Source of the DNA: Mobula hypostoma | Taxonomy: Eukaryota | DNA length: 64,000 nucleotides | Direction: 5' to 3' | Assembly (NCBI RefSeq): GCF_963921235.1 | Contig: NC_086108.1 | Span: 52,640,001-52,704,000 of the forward strand | Shown here: one piece after another, positions 23,728 through 36,555 of the stretch | Numbering within the stretch: position 1 is the first letter of the stretch | How the letters are laid out: each line of letters starts with the position of its first letter | The notes under the pieces: model-generated | Databases searched by the model: none | What the model saw: the letters and a program-made list of their open reading frames with translations, nothing else | Told to the model about the DNA's origin: nothing | Position numbers and translations under genes: made by a program

Positions 23728-26458
23728 ATTCTAGAATTGCTGTGTCACATTTAGGAGATTATTGAACTGGCCAGAACTGTCAAAATATTGATAATAAGAA
23801 CAATTTCACGCCAATAGCCAGTTTCAACCCCACACTAGAGTTTACATAGTATCTTGATTGATAATTGGCTTTGCCAAAACGTACAGACCAGCAAGACCTG
23901 TGTCCAAGCCCCAGATTGTACGTTGCCTGATGATAACAGGAAATTACAACTATCCTCAGTGATTGTGTACATCAAATGAAACATGATCGAGCTTAGAAAT
24001 TCTGCTGCTCTCATTCAGCCAGTCAATAATCATGAGCAAGATGCACAAGGAAGCATGTCCAATCTATTTTAAAAAGTGCAAGGTCAAAAGCAAAACTTGA
24101 TGGCCAGTTAAGTTAGAAAAACTACTAGCTATAAAGAATGAGCTTAAAAAGAACTTTTTCTAAAATATAAACATTTACGCAGAGCATTACTTTAGGCTTA
24201 GGACTGTGGTGTACCGTCTTGGAAGATGCACCCACATTAATTTTATAGCAGCATGTTGATGAATTTGGCAGTAGAGCCAGAACTCTGATAAAGATAAAGG
24301 AAGGGTTAAAAGACCCAAAGGGTCATATTGGAGAAGCAAGCAACATTTCTCACAAAATTCTGTCCTATTAGTTTAAGAGCCTCAATCAAGGATTAGCTCA
24401 CTCTGTAAAAAAGTGAGCAGATAATCTGCAGGAGAGGGCAAATAAATACATTATGCATTTTTGATAGAAAATGGTAGCTTTGAGGTAAAATCAAAGGAAA
24501 AAGGCATTTCATTTTAAGAGAGGGAGAGAGGGAGAGGGAGAAACCAAAAGGAGGAGAATCTGCAATCAACAGAACATAGCAGAAGAGATCCATGTCACTG
24601 TCCCTCAGAAGATAAGCCTCAGTCACTTCAAGGAACAGACTACAACTATCACTGTTCTGATGTTTTGTTTCTCTGTACAGGCCACAACTTGTGTAGTAAA
24701 TCTGTTATGCAAATAAAAAAACACCTGTCTCCATTGTCATTTGCTATACTCATAAACCAGTCTCTTTTGTTAAATTAATTATGGATTGGCAAACCTTGAC
24801 ATGCCTTTGCCTGTTGATAGATCGAAAGAGCTAAATGCATTGTAAATAAGATCTATTTTGATTCAGATATTTAATCTTCTTTTAATAAATGCAAATCTTC
24901 TGATTTATTGCAATGCATTTAATAATGAGAGAAGATGCAACAAATCTCCAATTATGATGCAATGTCAAATGCTGCCTATTAATGCTCCTTTGGATGTTTT
25001 GGAAGTGCTATATAAATATACGTGCTCCAGTGTAAGTGCAATACAAACACAACGGCAGTAGTGTGGTTGTACAGCAATTAATATTGCTGTCTTTTGGCTC
25101 CAATGACCTGGGGCTTAATCTGCAGGTCCAGGCATCTAGTTCCTTTGATGGCTTTCCTTAAAAACAAACTCACACTACTGGTCAGATTTAAACATGCCCA
25201 CCTTAATAGGGTAAACTTCCCTTTTTGTTAATTATTACATTATGCAATCTATGTTATGCATATCGTATTATTATAAAACTGCTTATTCAATGATCTACAA
25301 ATATGAATGCAGCTTTAATGGCATATGAAAGTCATGAATATTAGCATTCAAAAGCATCACAGCCAATCTTTTCTCCACCACACCATTTTTCTGCCTTTTC
25401 CCCAAACCCTCAATACCTTCAATGTCCTTAAGACAACAATGTGCATTGTTAAAAGGCAGCTACTGGCTCCAGAGTTCTCTGAGCTAGAAAATTGCAGACA
25501 TTCAGTATTCTCAGATAGAAAAAAACCCTTTATTTCAATCCTTAATGACCGCTTTGTTTTGAGACTTTAAGCCCGAATTCTGGACTCTTTTCCAAGCGGG
25601 AATATCTTGCATGTAGTTGTATACGTTTTGTACATTTCAAAGACATATTTCATTGTTTTAAATTTTAGATAACAGAGTTCTGGTCTATTTATTATCTCCT
25701 TTCATGACTGAGCCTTCATTACAAGAATAAGTCTGGTAAATATTTGTTACACTCACTCTTACATCAAGTGCATCCTCTTGGTTATATCACACTGGAATAT
25801 TTCACATGTGATATAACCAAGGTCCCATATAATTGTACTTCATGTTTTAGCAGTTGTTACTTAACAAAAGTGCCTTCACTAAAAGTCTGTTCAAGTATAA
25901 AATTAAAACCTAACACAAGCTCAATTTGTCCATGGACCTGAGCCCATGGACTTATATTTTTTTTCAAAGCCAACTTTTCTCAGTCTCAAATGCAACATTC
26001 AACAGTGAAGTCCTATTGGCTCAGGACAGGATTTCTCCCTGACTGAAGTTGTATAGATGAAATAATCACAATTATCTCAAATGTTAAAATCTTGCAATAA
26101 ATTACCATAAACCAACAAAAGTATCCAGAGCACAACTACATAGATAAAGGCTTCCTCAATCATGTCATTGAGATACAAAGCTCAACCTGCTCTGCTGAGC
26201 AATTAATACTGGAAGCCCATTATGAGAAATATTCATGCCATTGGCAACAGTCCATACATCACACAAGCTGAAGGATTTGAAAAGTATGATGACCTTATCC
26301 CATTATATAATTTGCCTTTGCCCATCCTTACTCAACTTTCTAAACTTCTCTCCTGAGATGCTGGTGTGCTTAGCTACATAACAATATTCTGATTTATCTA
26401 TGAATGAAAGCATAATATAATCAAGGCCTATAATTTGGCTTGACACGAAAATACAACA

Positions 26459-27794
26459 CAGACATCCCACCTCTCCCGGAAGATCCGGGAATCTCCCGGA
26501 TATCGATAGTGGCTCCCTGACGCCCGGAAATTATATACAATATCCCGGAAATAGATTTCCTTGAGAGGGAGAGCGAGCATCCTGATTGGTCTCTCTTCGT
26601 GCTAAGATTGGTCCCCAACCACCGGGCTGCGAGGAAACGATATGATTTGGCGATATGAGTCAGCTGCACCTTTCCTCATTCCCTGTCACGCACTGTTGAG
26701 CTTGAACGCACGCGAGCTCATTACCCGCGCGTCGTCCATGTCAGCGCGGGAAGAAGATCAACTCCTCGAGCTTGCAAATGACTGTGGGCTGAAAAGTATG
26801 TTTGACATAACATCTCTGCTGGCATTCTGGATTAAAGTCAAGGCTGAATATCCTGAGATAGCCACGAAAGCACTGAAAACGTTGCTTCCATTTCCAACAT
26901 CATATCGCTGCGAAGCGGAGTTTTCTGCAATGAATGCAACGAAAACTAAATTGCGGAATAGACTAGACATAAGGAACCCCTTTCAAGTATCGCTGTTTCC
27001 CGTCACCCCTCGATAGGACCGAGTTGTTGCAGGGAAACAAGCCCAGGGCTCCCACTGATTCAGCGATATTGATGTGTTGCAATGATTTTATATGTTCATA
27101 CAAGGAAAATACGCACTGTGCGTTTAATATCCAAACATTACTTAAAATGTTATGATGCTATTGACTTATCACCTATATTCCAGTTGTGATTAACACCCCC
27201 CGCTCCCCCCTCCCCCCGGGTCGGCCAGTCCACAAGAATATTGTCAATATTAAACCGGTCTGCGGTGCAAAAACCGTTGGCGACCCCTGCTAAGTAGACC
27301 TATCAGTTTTCTCTATGGGCGGGCTTTACAATCGACCTCAAAAATAATGACAGTGTTGCTTGCTGCACTGTTTGCAACAGTGACTTTTCTATTGCCCATG
27401 GTGGGTTAAGATGTAAAAGACATGTTGAGGTGAGTTTAACAGGTGTCATTTGTTCATTAGCATAGTTAATGTTATTTAAACTAGCTGGCTAGCTGCTAAG
27501 GAGCTACGCTATTGATGTCCTACGTCATGAGGCCAAACACCCTGTAGACTTGCTTAAAGTTGTAATAGAATAAACATGATAATATAAGTGCATATTTTAA
27601 TGTCACATTTGCTGCATATACCCAACTTGGTTTGCAGATTAGACAAAATCACTAAACAAAGTTTTACATACACCCTTGGAGGTCGACGGGGGGGGGGGCG
27701 GAGGGGATATGGGGTTGTGGGGGGTGTGGGTGCTACCTCCCTGAAATGGTGGTGATACCTCCCTGATATGAGTTTTTGCAGGGTGGGATGTCTG
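26459..27794. mobile_element. Second copy of the CAGACATCCCACC-TIR transposon (opposite orientation), TSD ACAACA
   Basis: TIRs at 26459 and 27782-27794; ACAACA at 26453-26458 and 27795-27800; shares internal sequence with 7193-7805 in reverse. Confidence 0.85.
26607..27289 (+). mobile_element. Nested hAT (Charlie-like) fragment with C-terminal dimerisation domain
   Basis: ORF 26642..27016 FWIKVKAEYPEIATKALKTLLPFPTSYRCEAEFSAM...KTKLRNRL; right end GTTGGCGACCCCTG; left end GGTCCCCAAC is damaged. Confidence 0.85.
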
Positions 27795-28021
27795 ACAACA
27801 CAAGTGAGAATATTTTACATTACTAGAGACACCGTTTTCAAGATGAAGATATTAGTGTTAATCTATCTTTTAATCATATTTTTCAACTCTTGAAGAAACA
27901 CATACATGGACAACGAATGGCACCAAAAAAAATTACCATATTTGCTTCAAAACTATCACTTGATTAATGAATTCACAATTTTCCCTTTATGTTACTAGTT
28001 TCTGCTAAACTTCAATTTATA

Positions 28022-29615
28022 CAGGTATTCCCCGCTTTTCGAACGTTTGCTTTACGAAACCTCACTGTTACGAAAGACCTACATTAATACCCTATTTTCG
28101 CTTTCAGAAGGTGTTTTCACTGTTACGAAAAAAAAATTCAGCGCGCGAAAAAATCAGTGCGCGATAAAAGGCAGCGCGCGATAAAAGGCAGCGCACCCTG
28201 AGCAGCCGCTCTCCCCCGGATTCTCGCCGGTATTGCTTAAACACGAGCCTGTGAGCAGCCGTTTGCAAGATGAGTTCTATGGTATCGGAAAAGCCTGAAA
28301 GAGCTCGTAAGGGTGTTACACTTACGGTAAAACTAGACATAATTAAGCGTTTTGATTGTGGTGAACGAAGTAAGGACAGAGTGAGTTTGGCTTGTGGAAG
28401 CTGACGAAGATGATGTTGAAGAGGTTTTGGCATCCCATGACCAAGAACTGACAGATGAAGAGCTGATGCAATTGGAAGAAAAAAGGATAACAATCGAAAC
28501 CGAATGAGTAAGGATAAAGTACGACTTTAATTTTGAAAGGGTACATTGGTTTAGGAGATATTTGCAGGATGGTTTGCATCCTTATTAAAGAACTGTGTGA
28601 TAGAAAAATACGCCAGGCTCAGCAGTCAAGCAAGCCTTCCACATCAGCCACAGCAGATGAAGAACCTCGACCTTCAACATCGAGGCGGACAGTCATAGGA
28701 GAAGATGAGCTGCCTGCTCTAATGGAAATAGGCGACGAGATGACACCCCAGTGTCCCACCACCCCAACCCCCAGGCCACGGACAGATACCAATTCGCAAA
28801 GAATGGAAAGGTAGCCAGGAGGCATACAGCACATCTTTAAGAAAAAAGCCAAAATAAACATGCTAATTAATTAGGTGCCGCTGACACGTAATTGTCGGCC
28901 CAGATCAGAGACGACGCAATCGGAAATCGGCACTGATCTGGGCCAACAATTACGGGCGGTACCTAATTAATTACCATGTTTGTTTCCGTTTTTTTCTTAA
29001 AGATGTGCTGTGTACCTCCTGGCTACCGCTGGACCCCTGCGTTCTTCACGGCAATGTATCGCTCAGTGACCTGCAGGGTGGGGGCCGCTGCACCACCCAA
29101 ACTCCGACGACTCAGTCTAACACACCATCATCAGTGTGCTCAGCGCTGAACCAATTCCGGTACGTGATACTGCACTGTACATACATTATTTCTACTTTAT
29201 ATCAGCTGTGTATTTTTACGGGTTATTTGGTATGATTTGGCAGCTTCACAGCTTAAAGGTTACTGGAGAGCGCTTGTGTGTGTTTTTGCCGACAGCGCTT
29301 GCATGAGATTTTCCATTGACGGTGCTTGCGTGAGATTTTCGCTATGGAGAGCAGTTCAGTAATGATTGTGGAAAAGTATTTCTACTTTATATAGGCTGTG
29401 TATTTATCATGTCATTCCTGCTTTTACTATATGTTACTGTTATTTTAGGTTTTATGTGTTATTTGGCATGATTTGGTAGGTTATTTTTTGGGTCTGCGAA
29501 CGCTCACAAAATTTTCCCATATAAATAAATGGTAATTGCTTCTTCGCTTTACGACATTTCAGCTTACGAACCGTTTCATAGGAATGCTCTACCTTCGGAT
29601 GGCGGGGGAAACCTG
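28022..29615 (+). mobile_element. Non-autonomous Tigger/pogo-like element with internal foldback
   Basis: TIRs CAGGTATTCCCCGC ... GCGGGGGAAACCTG flanked by TA; N-terminal KRARKGVTLTVKLDIIKRF-like relic. Confidence 0.8.
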
Positions 29616-29739
29616 TATTTGCAATCAGCAAATGCTTCAGTTTGTATCCTCGGGTAATGAAGTTTTACATTACAGCAAACTATTTGTCTATGCCAAATAT
29701 GACAGCAAGAAACAAAATAGAATAAGATGGATTGACATG

Positions 29740-31250
29740 TGCAGGGCGATAGAAGTTATCTACATTGACTTTAGCAAGGCTTTTGAGAAGGTCTCACATG
29801 GTAGGCTGGTTCAGCAGATGGACTTGGGATCTGTTCACAGCTAACCAAATGGGTGAAATACTGCCTTGGTGGAAAATTGAAGGCCAGTGTGTGCCATGCT
29901 GTGCCATAGGGATCAGTACTATTGTTTGTCGAGTATATATTATTTGGTAGAAAACATAAGTGGCATGATGAGTAAGTTTGCAGATAACACTTAACTTTTT
30001 GGTGTGGGGCAATGAGGAGGTCATCAAAGGTTACTAAGGGACTCTATCAAGTGGAAAAGTAGGCAAAGGACTGGCAGATGGAATTCAGTTCAGGCAAGAG
30101 TAAAGTGATGCTTTTCAGGAAATTAAACCTGGGCAAAAAATACCACAATGGTAAACAGGGCCCTGGAGAAAGCTGTAGAACAGAGAGACCAAGAGGTACA
30201 AGTATAGAGTTCTCAGAAAGTAATGACACAGAGAGACAACGTGGTAGTAAAGATCTATGGCATACTTGCCTACATCAGAAAGAGCAATGAGTACAAAAGA
30301 TGGGACGTCATGTTACAGCTGTACAAGATGTTGGTGAAACCATACCTGGAGTATTATGTGCAGTTCTAGTTGCCATGCTATAGGAAGGATGGGATTAAGC
30401 TCGAGAGAATGAAGAAAGTATTCAAGAGGATGTTGGTAGCACAGGAGGGCTTGAGTTGTAACGAGACTGGATAGGACGGGACTTACCCTGGAGCAAAGGA
30501 GGCTGTGGGGTGGCCGAACAGAGGTTTATAAAGTCATGAGGGGCAGAGATTTTATGCAAAATTAGCTGCAGGATCATAGAACATAAAACACCACAACATA
30601 GTATGGGCTCTTCTGTCCATAATGTGCTGATCTTTATCAACTTATTCCATAATTAATCTAACTCTTCACTCCTACACATCCCTCTATTTTTCTTTCATCC
30701 ATGTGTCTCTCGAAGAGTATCTGCGTCTTTCACCACCTCTGGCAGGGAGTTCCAAGCACTCACCACTTTCGGCGTATAAAGCCTACTGCTGACATCTCCC
30801 CAAAACTTTCCTTGACTCACCTTAAACAGCTGCCCTCTGGTATTAGCCACTACCACCTTGGGAAAAGTCACCTCTCATCCTCCCTCAAAGAGAATGGTCA
30901 CAGCTCACTCAACCTTTCCACATAAGACACACTCTCTAATCCAGACAGCAACCTGGTAAATCTCCACTGCACCCAGTCTAAAACTTCCACATCCTTCCTA
31001 TAATGAGGCGAGCAGAGCTAAACACAATACTCCAAGTGTGATCTAACAAGAGTTTCACAGAGTTGTAACATTACATTACGGCTCTTGAATTCAATCACTC
31101 GACTACTGAAAGCTAGCACACCACACTTCTTTTAAACCATCCTGTCAACTTGTGCGGCAACTTTGAGGGATCTATGGATGTGGACCCCACGATCTCTCCG
31201 TTCTTCCACACCGCGAAGAATCCTGCCACTAACCTTGTACTCTGCCTTTA
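29740..31250. mobile_element. Decayed CR1-type LINE fragments (plus, then minus)
   Basis: IYIDFSKAFEKVSHGRL and VKPYLEYYVQF remnants; reverse-orientation 3' fragment from ~30575. Confidence 0.7.
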
Positions 31251-32460
31251 CTCTGGCAAACTAATTACATTCTGCATCAGAAACATGCTTCATATTTTGC
31301 TCTTAATTTTAGGGCAAATTTGTATAGACATCTAGTATAGATTTAATGGATCAGCAGATTTTAATCAACCCTTAGCAAGCTTATAAAAATGGCTTTGGTT
31401 CACGGGAAGATAAGAAGATTATGTTACCATGTCTTTAAAAAAATTTCAGTAAATTATATCCTTGTCAACTTGAGTCTGTTTGTTATGAGACAGTGTGGAG
31501 GTGGTGGTTGTAGAGATGGCAGGGAAGTTAGATCCACACACACAATTGTTCCTGAACATTCCCATGGGAACAAGTGTGTATCTGCACAAATGAAGATGAT
31601 GAGAATCATTCTTGGTGACTGGGCCTGCAAAATCTGACCAAACATGCACCCAAAGAATCAGAATTTGGCGTCCACAGACTTCAGCCAAAAATAAAAGTTG
31701 AAAAGTTTGAAATGGAACCACCCTTAAACATAATAAATGATAACATTCATGATGGACATTCAACAAAATATAAATAAAGTACAAAAATCAAAAATGTCTG
31801 ATGGTTTAAAATCAATTCTATCCAGTCCTTTCCACAAATCCAAAATAAGCAGTATTTAATTTTTATGTTATTTGGGAGAAGATACAAATCGGCTTAGAAG
31901 GGCGTAAAAATAAACAAAATTACAATTAGTTTTTTTTTAAAAGGTTGTGGACAAATCACAGATATTTTCCACATACTTTTAAATTCACAGAACATTACAG
32001 CACAGTACAGGCCTCTCAGCCCATGATGTATGCTGAGCTTTTAACTCATTCTAAGATTATCCTGTTATCCATGTGCCTATCAAAAAATTTCTTGTATGTC
32101 CCTAATGTATCTGCTTCAACCACCAGCCCTGTGCTCTATACACCCACCACTCTCAATTTAAAAAACTTACTTTTCACATACTCCCTCTACTTTCTTCCAA
32201 TCACCTTTAAAATTATGGTCCCTCATATTAGCCACTTCCACCCTTGGAAAAAGTCTCTGGCTGTCCACTCAAGCTATGCCCCTTATTATCGTGTACACCT
32301 CTATCAAGTCACTACTGATCCAAACAGAAAACCACTAGATCACTCAACCTGTCCTCATAAAACATGCGCTCTAATTCAGGCAGCATCCTGATAAGTCTCC
32401 TCTGCAACCTTTCTAAAGCTTCCACATCCTTCCCATAAAGAGACAACCAGAAGTGAACAC

Positions 32461-33724
32461 TGTATTGGAGGGGTCGTGATGGGGTGGGTGCTTTAGGAAC
32501 TGATATTTCCCTCCCTACAATTTGACCTCCACCTGAGTCCCGACCCTCAGGGTTATCCCTCAGCCAGTGAGCAGACCCAGGGAATGCTGGTGCAGGCTCC
32601 GAAATGAGCACAGTTCCAACCTTTCAGTAGGCCACAGTGACTGTGAGCGGGACTAGTATCCGGGCGCTCCAGTGACCACTGCCGATGTTGCCGCTAAGCT
32701 GGGGGCTCCCTGGACTTTGAACGGGACCCACTGGATTTGCGGCCACAGCGCCTACCCGTGGCTCCCCGCGAGCTGGTACGGTTGTTGCTTTCCAGCATAT
32801 GTGGTGCCCTTCATCCACCCCCCTGAACGATCTGGGGGAGCACCCGGCATACAGCAGTCACCAGGACAAGAGGGCCATCACGGAGGCGGAGAGGTTCTGG
32901 ATGATAGCCTTTCCCAGATATGGCTCGGCCCGATTGTCCCGTGAGGTGATCCAGATAACCAGTGTACTCGAGAGGCTGGCCAACGAAACGGCAGTGGCAC
33001 TGCAACACACCGAAGATGCCCTCACCCGAACGGCGGCAGAGCTGGTGGCCGTCAGGATGGTCGCCCTGCAGAATCGACTGGCCCTGGATTACCTACTCGC
33101 GGCTGATGGTGGTACCCGTGCAGTGATTGGTAAGGAGTGCTGCACATTTATCCCTGACGAGTCGAGTAACATCACCCACTCACATTCGGGACTTGGTGGC
33201 TAAAATTCAAAAATCGAGGGGCCAGCTCCTCCAGCACAACACCTCATGGAGAAACTGGTGGCCGTTGGGTCCCGGAGGGGGAGGGGCTGGTGGGCAACTG
33301 TCATCCACTGGTCGATTGGACTCATTCTCGTTATCATCGCTGCGTGTATATAATGTTGTGCTTGCCAAATTATTCAGAGCACATCTGCCTTTCTTTAGTT
33401 CTATATAGTCACATATAGCTTTAACCTTAGAAATAGTTAAGTGTAAGACTTCCATTAAGATATATTACTTTCCTTCTCACTGTGTTACATGTAATGCTTG
33501 GCATGTAATGCATGCGATTTTCCCACGTTCGTTACTAATCGTCCGCATGTGTTTTATTGCCCATCCGACTTTCCCCACGATTGCTGTAAATTGTGCACGT
33601 GTGCGTGTTGCTTCTGTTGTCATTTCCCCACATTTGTCTTCTGTAAATAAAATCCTTTACTACCAAGACTGTGTGTCCAGAGTCCTTGCCTTTGAGATCT
33701 ACTGAATCTGTTTCCTCACTTACA
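32461..33724 (+). mobile_element. Endogenous retrovirus env fragment (SU end plus TM) and probable 3' LTR
   Basis: GTHWICGHSAYPWLPASWYGCC, QDKR/AITE cleavage-like site, LQNRLALDYLLAADGG immunosuppressive domain, ECCTFIPD, hydrophobic VIHWSIGLILVIIAACI; downstream AATAAA 33646-33651 and terminal TACA. Confidence 0.85.
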
Positions 33725-33789
33725 GCAAACACAATATTGCAAGTGTGGTCTAAAAAGAATTTTATATTGAACTCAATTCCCTCCCCCAA

Positions 33790-34510
33790 CCTTGTAGAGT
33801 AATACTGGGAATCTTTGAATATATACCAACCTTTGCGTCATCTGTACGCTTACTAACCACCCTTCTATTTCCTCCTTCAACTCATAAAATCACGAAGAGC
33901 AGAGGTCTCAGAACAGCTCCCTGTGGAACACTACTGGTTATCAACCTCCAGGAAGAATTTGATCTATCAACAACCATCCTTTCTCTGCCTTCTCTGGGCA
34001 AGCTAATTCTGAATCTACACAGCCAGGTTTTCCTGGATCCCATGCTTCCTGACTTTCTGAATGAGCTTACTTTGGGGAACCTTATCAAACACCTTACTAA
34101 AATCCACATACACCAATCCACTGCTCTACCTTCATCAATTTGCTTTGTCACATCCTCAAAGAATTCAATCAAGGCCAGACAAAATCCTAAAAAACCCACA
34201 AATCTGAAACTCTGCCCACTGCATTAATTCCTCAGCCACACAATCATCTGCCAAATCATCCTATTCTCACCCTCATTAGCGTGTGTCACAGATAGCAATG
34301 CACAGATAACTGTCTCTGAAGTCCTGTTTTTCAGCTTCCTACCTAGCTGCCTATATTCTCTCTTCAGGATCTCATCCCTTTTCCTACCTGTCGTTGGTAC
34401 CACTACGTGCCATGACTTCTAGCTGCTCACCCTCCCCACTTAGAATGCTATGGACCCAATCAGAGACATCCCTGACCCTGGCACCTGGGAGGCAACATAC
34501 CATCTAGTGT
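33790..34510 (-). mobile_element. CR1-type LINE RT and ORF1 fragments
   Basis: LIEFFEDVTKQIDEGRAVD and VPQGAVLRPLLF (33882..34199); esterase-like piece related to 6060-6280. Confidence 0.75.
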
Positions 34511-35579
34511 CTCTTTCATATCCACTTCCTCTCCAACCTTACTTGAAAGTGGACAAGTTCTTACAGGGAACCCAATCAGGAGTAGGTACAGCAGCTCAGT
34601 ATAGTGAGTCAGGCAAGGGTACAGTTCCTCAGGGCAGTGGGGCAGGTGGGAGGTACAATAGAACAGAACAGCAATTCAGGCTGTTGGGTACAGTGCTGAG
34701 TTAGATGGGGTACAGTAGCACAATATCGTGACTCAGCCAGAAGCCTTGATGCACAGAGCTGAGAGTCAGGTCGGAGTATCGTTACACAGAACTGTTCATC
34801 AGGCAGAGATACTGCAACACAGTGCAGCAAGTCAGACAGGGTACTGTCCAAGGTGAGATTTGGAGCTTCCACTAAATCGACATTCTATTTGTCTGTTGCT
34901 GCATACTGGGTCACAGCAGGTCTCTCGAGTGTCTAACTTCTCATAACCATATGACATCATGTAACACTTTGGTACCTGTTTTACATTCAGAACTCTGTGT
35001 CTATTAAAGGGGCAAACCAGCAGCATCTAGCACCGTTTCTCTAACACTCTGCCACAGAATGTTAGTGGGTATCAGTTAACTCTGCAGAAATCATTAAATT
35101 TTAAAGTAGCTTATGCTTCTGTACTCAATATGCTTATAACAAAAGAAAATGAACTATTGCAAGCTTTCAAAGTTCTGCTCCAGTCTTCAACTTCAGGTCA
35201 TGTATTTCTTCTTACAGGTTACATTAACAACAAGAAGCCAATCAATTCAAGCAAAATTTATCTGATGTCAATAACACACTAATCCTAGGACCTCCAATGA
35301 TAAAAAAAAACAAATATTACAATCCTATTTCACAACCCTCCTTCAAAATTACTGATCCTGCATGTTCTTTGCTTAGTTTTAGCAACAATATGGGGGTTAG
35401 ATCAACGAAGGTGATCTAAGGTGGATTTACAGTGTATTCACATAAATGCAAGAAGTATTCTATCCAATCCTTCCTACAAATTCAAAATAAATAGTACTTA
35501 ATCTTGATGTTATTTAGTACGTTACAAATCAGCTTAGAAAGGGGCAAAATAAACAAAATTACAGTTAGCGATTTTTTAA

Positions 35580-36555
35580 AGACCATCATACTTAGGAGCA
35601 GATCAATCTGTTAAGGTCCATTCAGTCTGCTCCTCTGGCCATTCTGATTTATTTCCCCTCTCAACCCCATGTTCCGGCTTCTCCCCATAACCTTTCACTT
35701 CCTTACTAATCAAGAACCTATCAACCTCTGCTTTAAACATACTCAATGACTTGGTCTCCACAGCTACTTGTGGCAATGAATTCAACGGATTCATTAAGCT
35801 CTCAGAAAAGAAATTCCTCTACTTCTCTTGTTCTGAGGGAAGTCCTTCTATTCTGAGACTGTGCCCACTGATCCTAGACCCTCTCACTAAAGGAAACATC
35901 CTCTCCACATCCACTCTATGAATAGTCATCAAGGTTCAGTGAGATCTTCCCTCGTTCTTCTAAACTCCAGCAAGTAATACACGGGTGTTTCTCTGGTTGG
36001 CAATCAGTGGTGAGTGGGTGTGCCACAGGGGTCGGTGCTGGGCCCGCAACAGTTCATGATATACTTTAATGATCTGGAAGAGGGGACTGAGTGTAGAGTA
36101 TCTCAGTTTGCTGATGACAAAGTGTGTAGAAGAGCAAATTGTGCAGGGCATACAGAGAGTTTGCAGAGAGATATAGATAGATTAAGTGAGTGGGCAAGGG
36201 CCTGGCAGAATGGAGTACAATGACTACCAAGTCCCTTTGCACTTCTGATTTCTGAATTCACTCCCTGTTTATCAAATAGTTGAACCCTTTATTCCTTCAA
36301 CTAAGTTGCATGACCATACACTTTTTTTACACTGTATTCCATCTGCCACTTCTTTGCCCATTCTCCAAATTTGTCCAAGTCTCTCTACAGACTCTCTGCT
36401 TCCTCACATTACCTCCCGCTCCACCTATCTTTGTATCATCCAAAAACTTGGCCACAAAGACATCACTTCTGTCATCCAGATCATTAAAATATAGCATGAA
36501 AAGTAGCAGACCCAACAGCATCCCCTGAGCAACACCACTATTCACTGGCACCTGT
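35580..36555. mobile_element. CR1-type LINE fragments in both orientations
   Basis: GVPQGSVLGPQQF...FADD (36014..36223 +) and GVAQGMLLGLLLF...FLDDTK (36327..36551 -). Confidence 0.75.

Noticed and set aside
32672..33408. Domesticated syncytin-like env gene
   Set aside because: 5' truncated, at least two frameshifts, and a mutated CX6CC motif
35400..35465. INEGDLRWIYSV...QEVFY as a possible exon 4 relic
   Set aside because: Similarity is too weak to distinguish from chance, and it overlaps a locally duplicated segment
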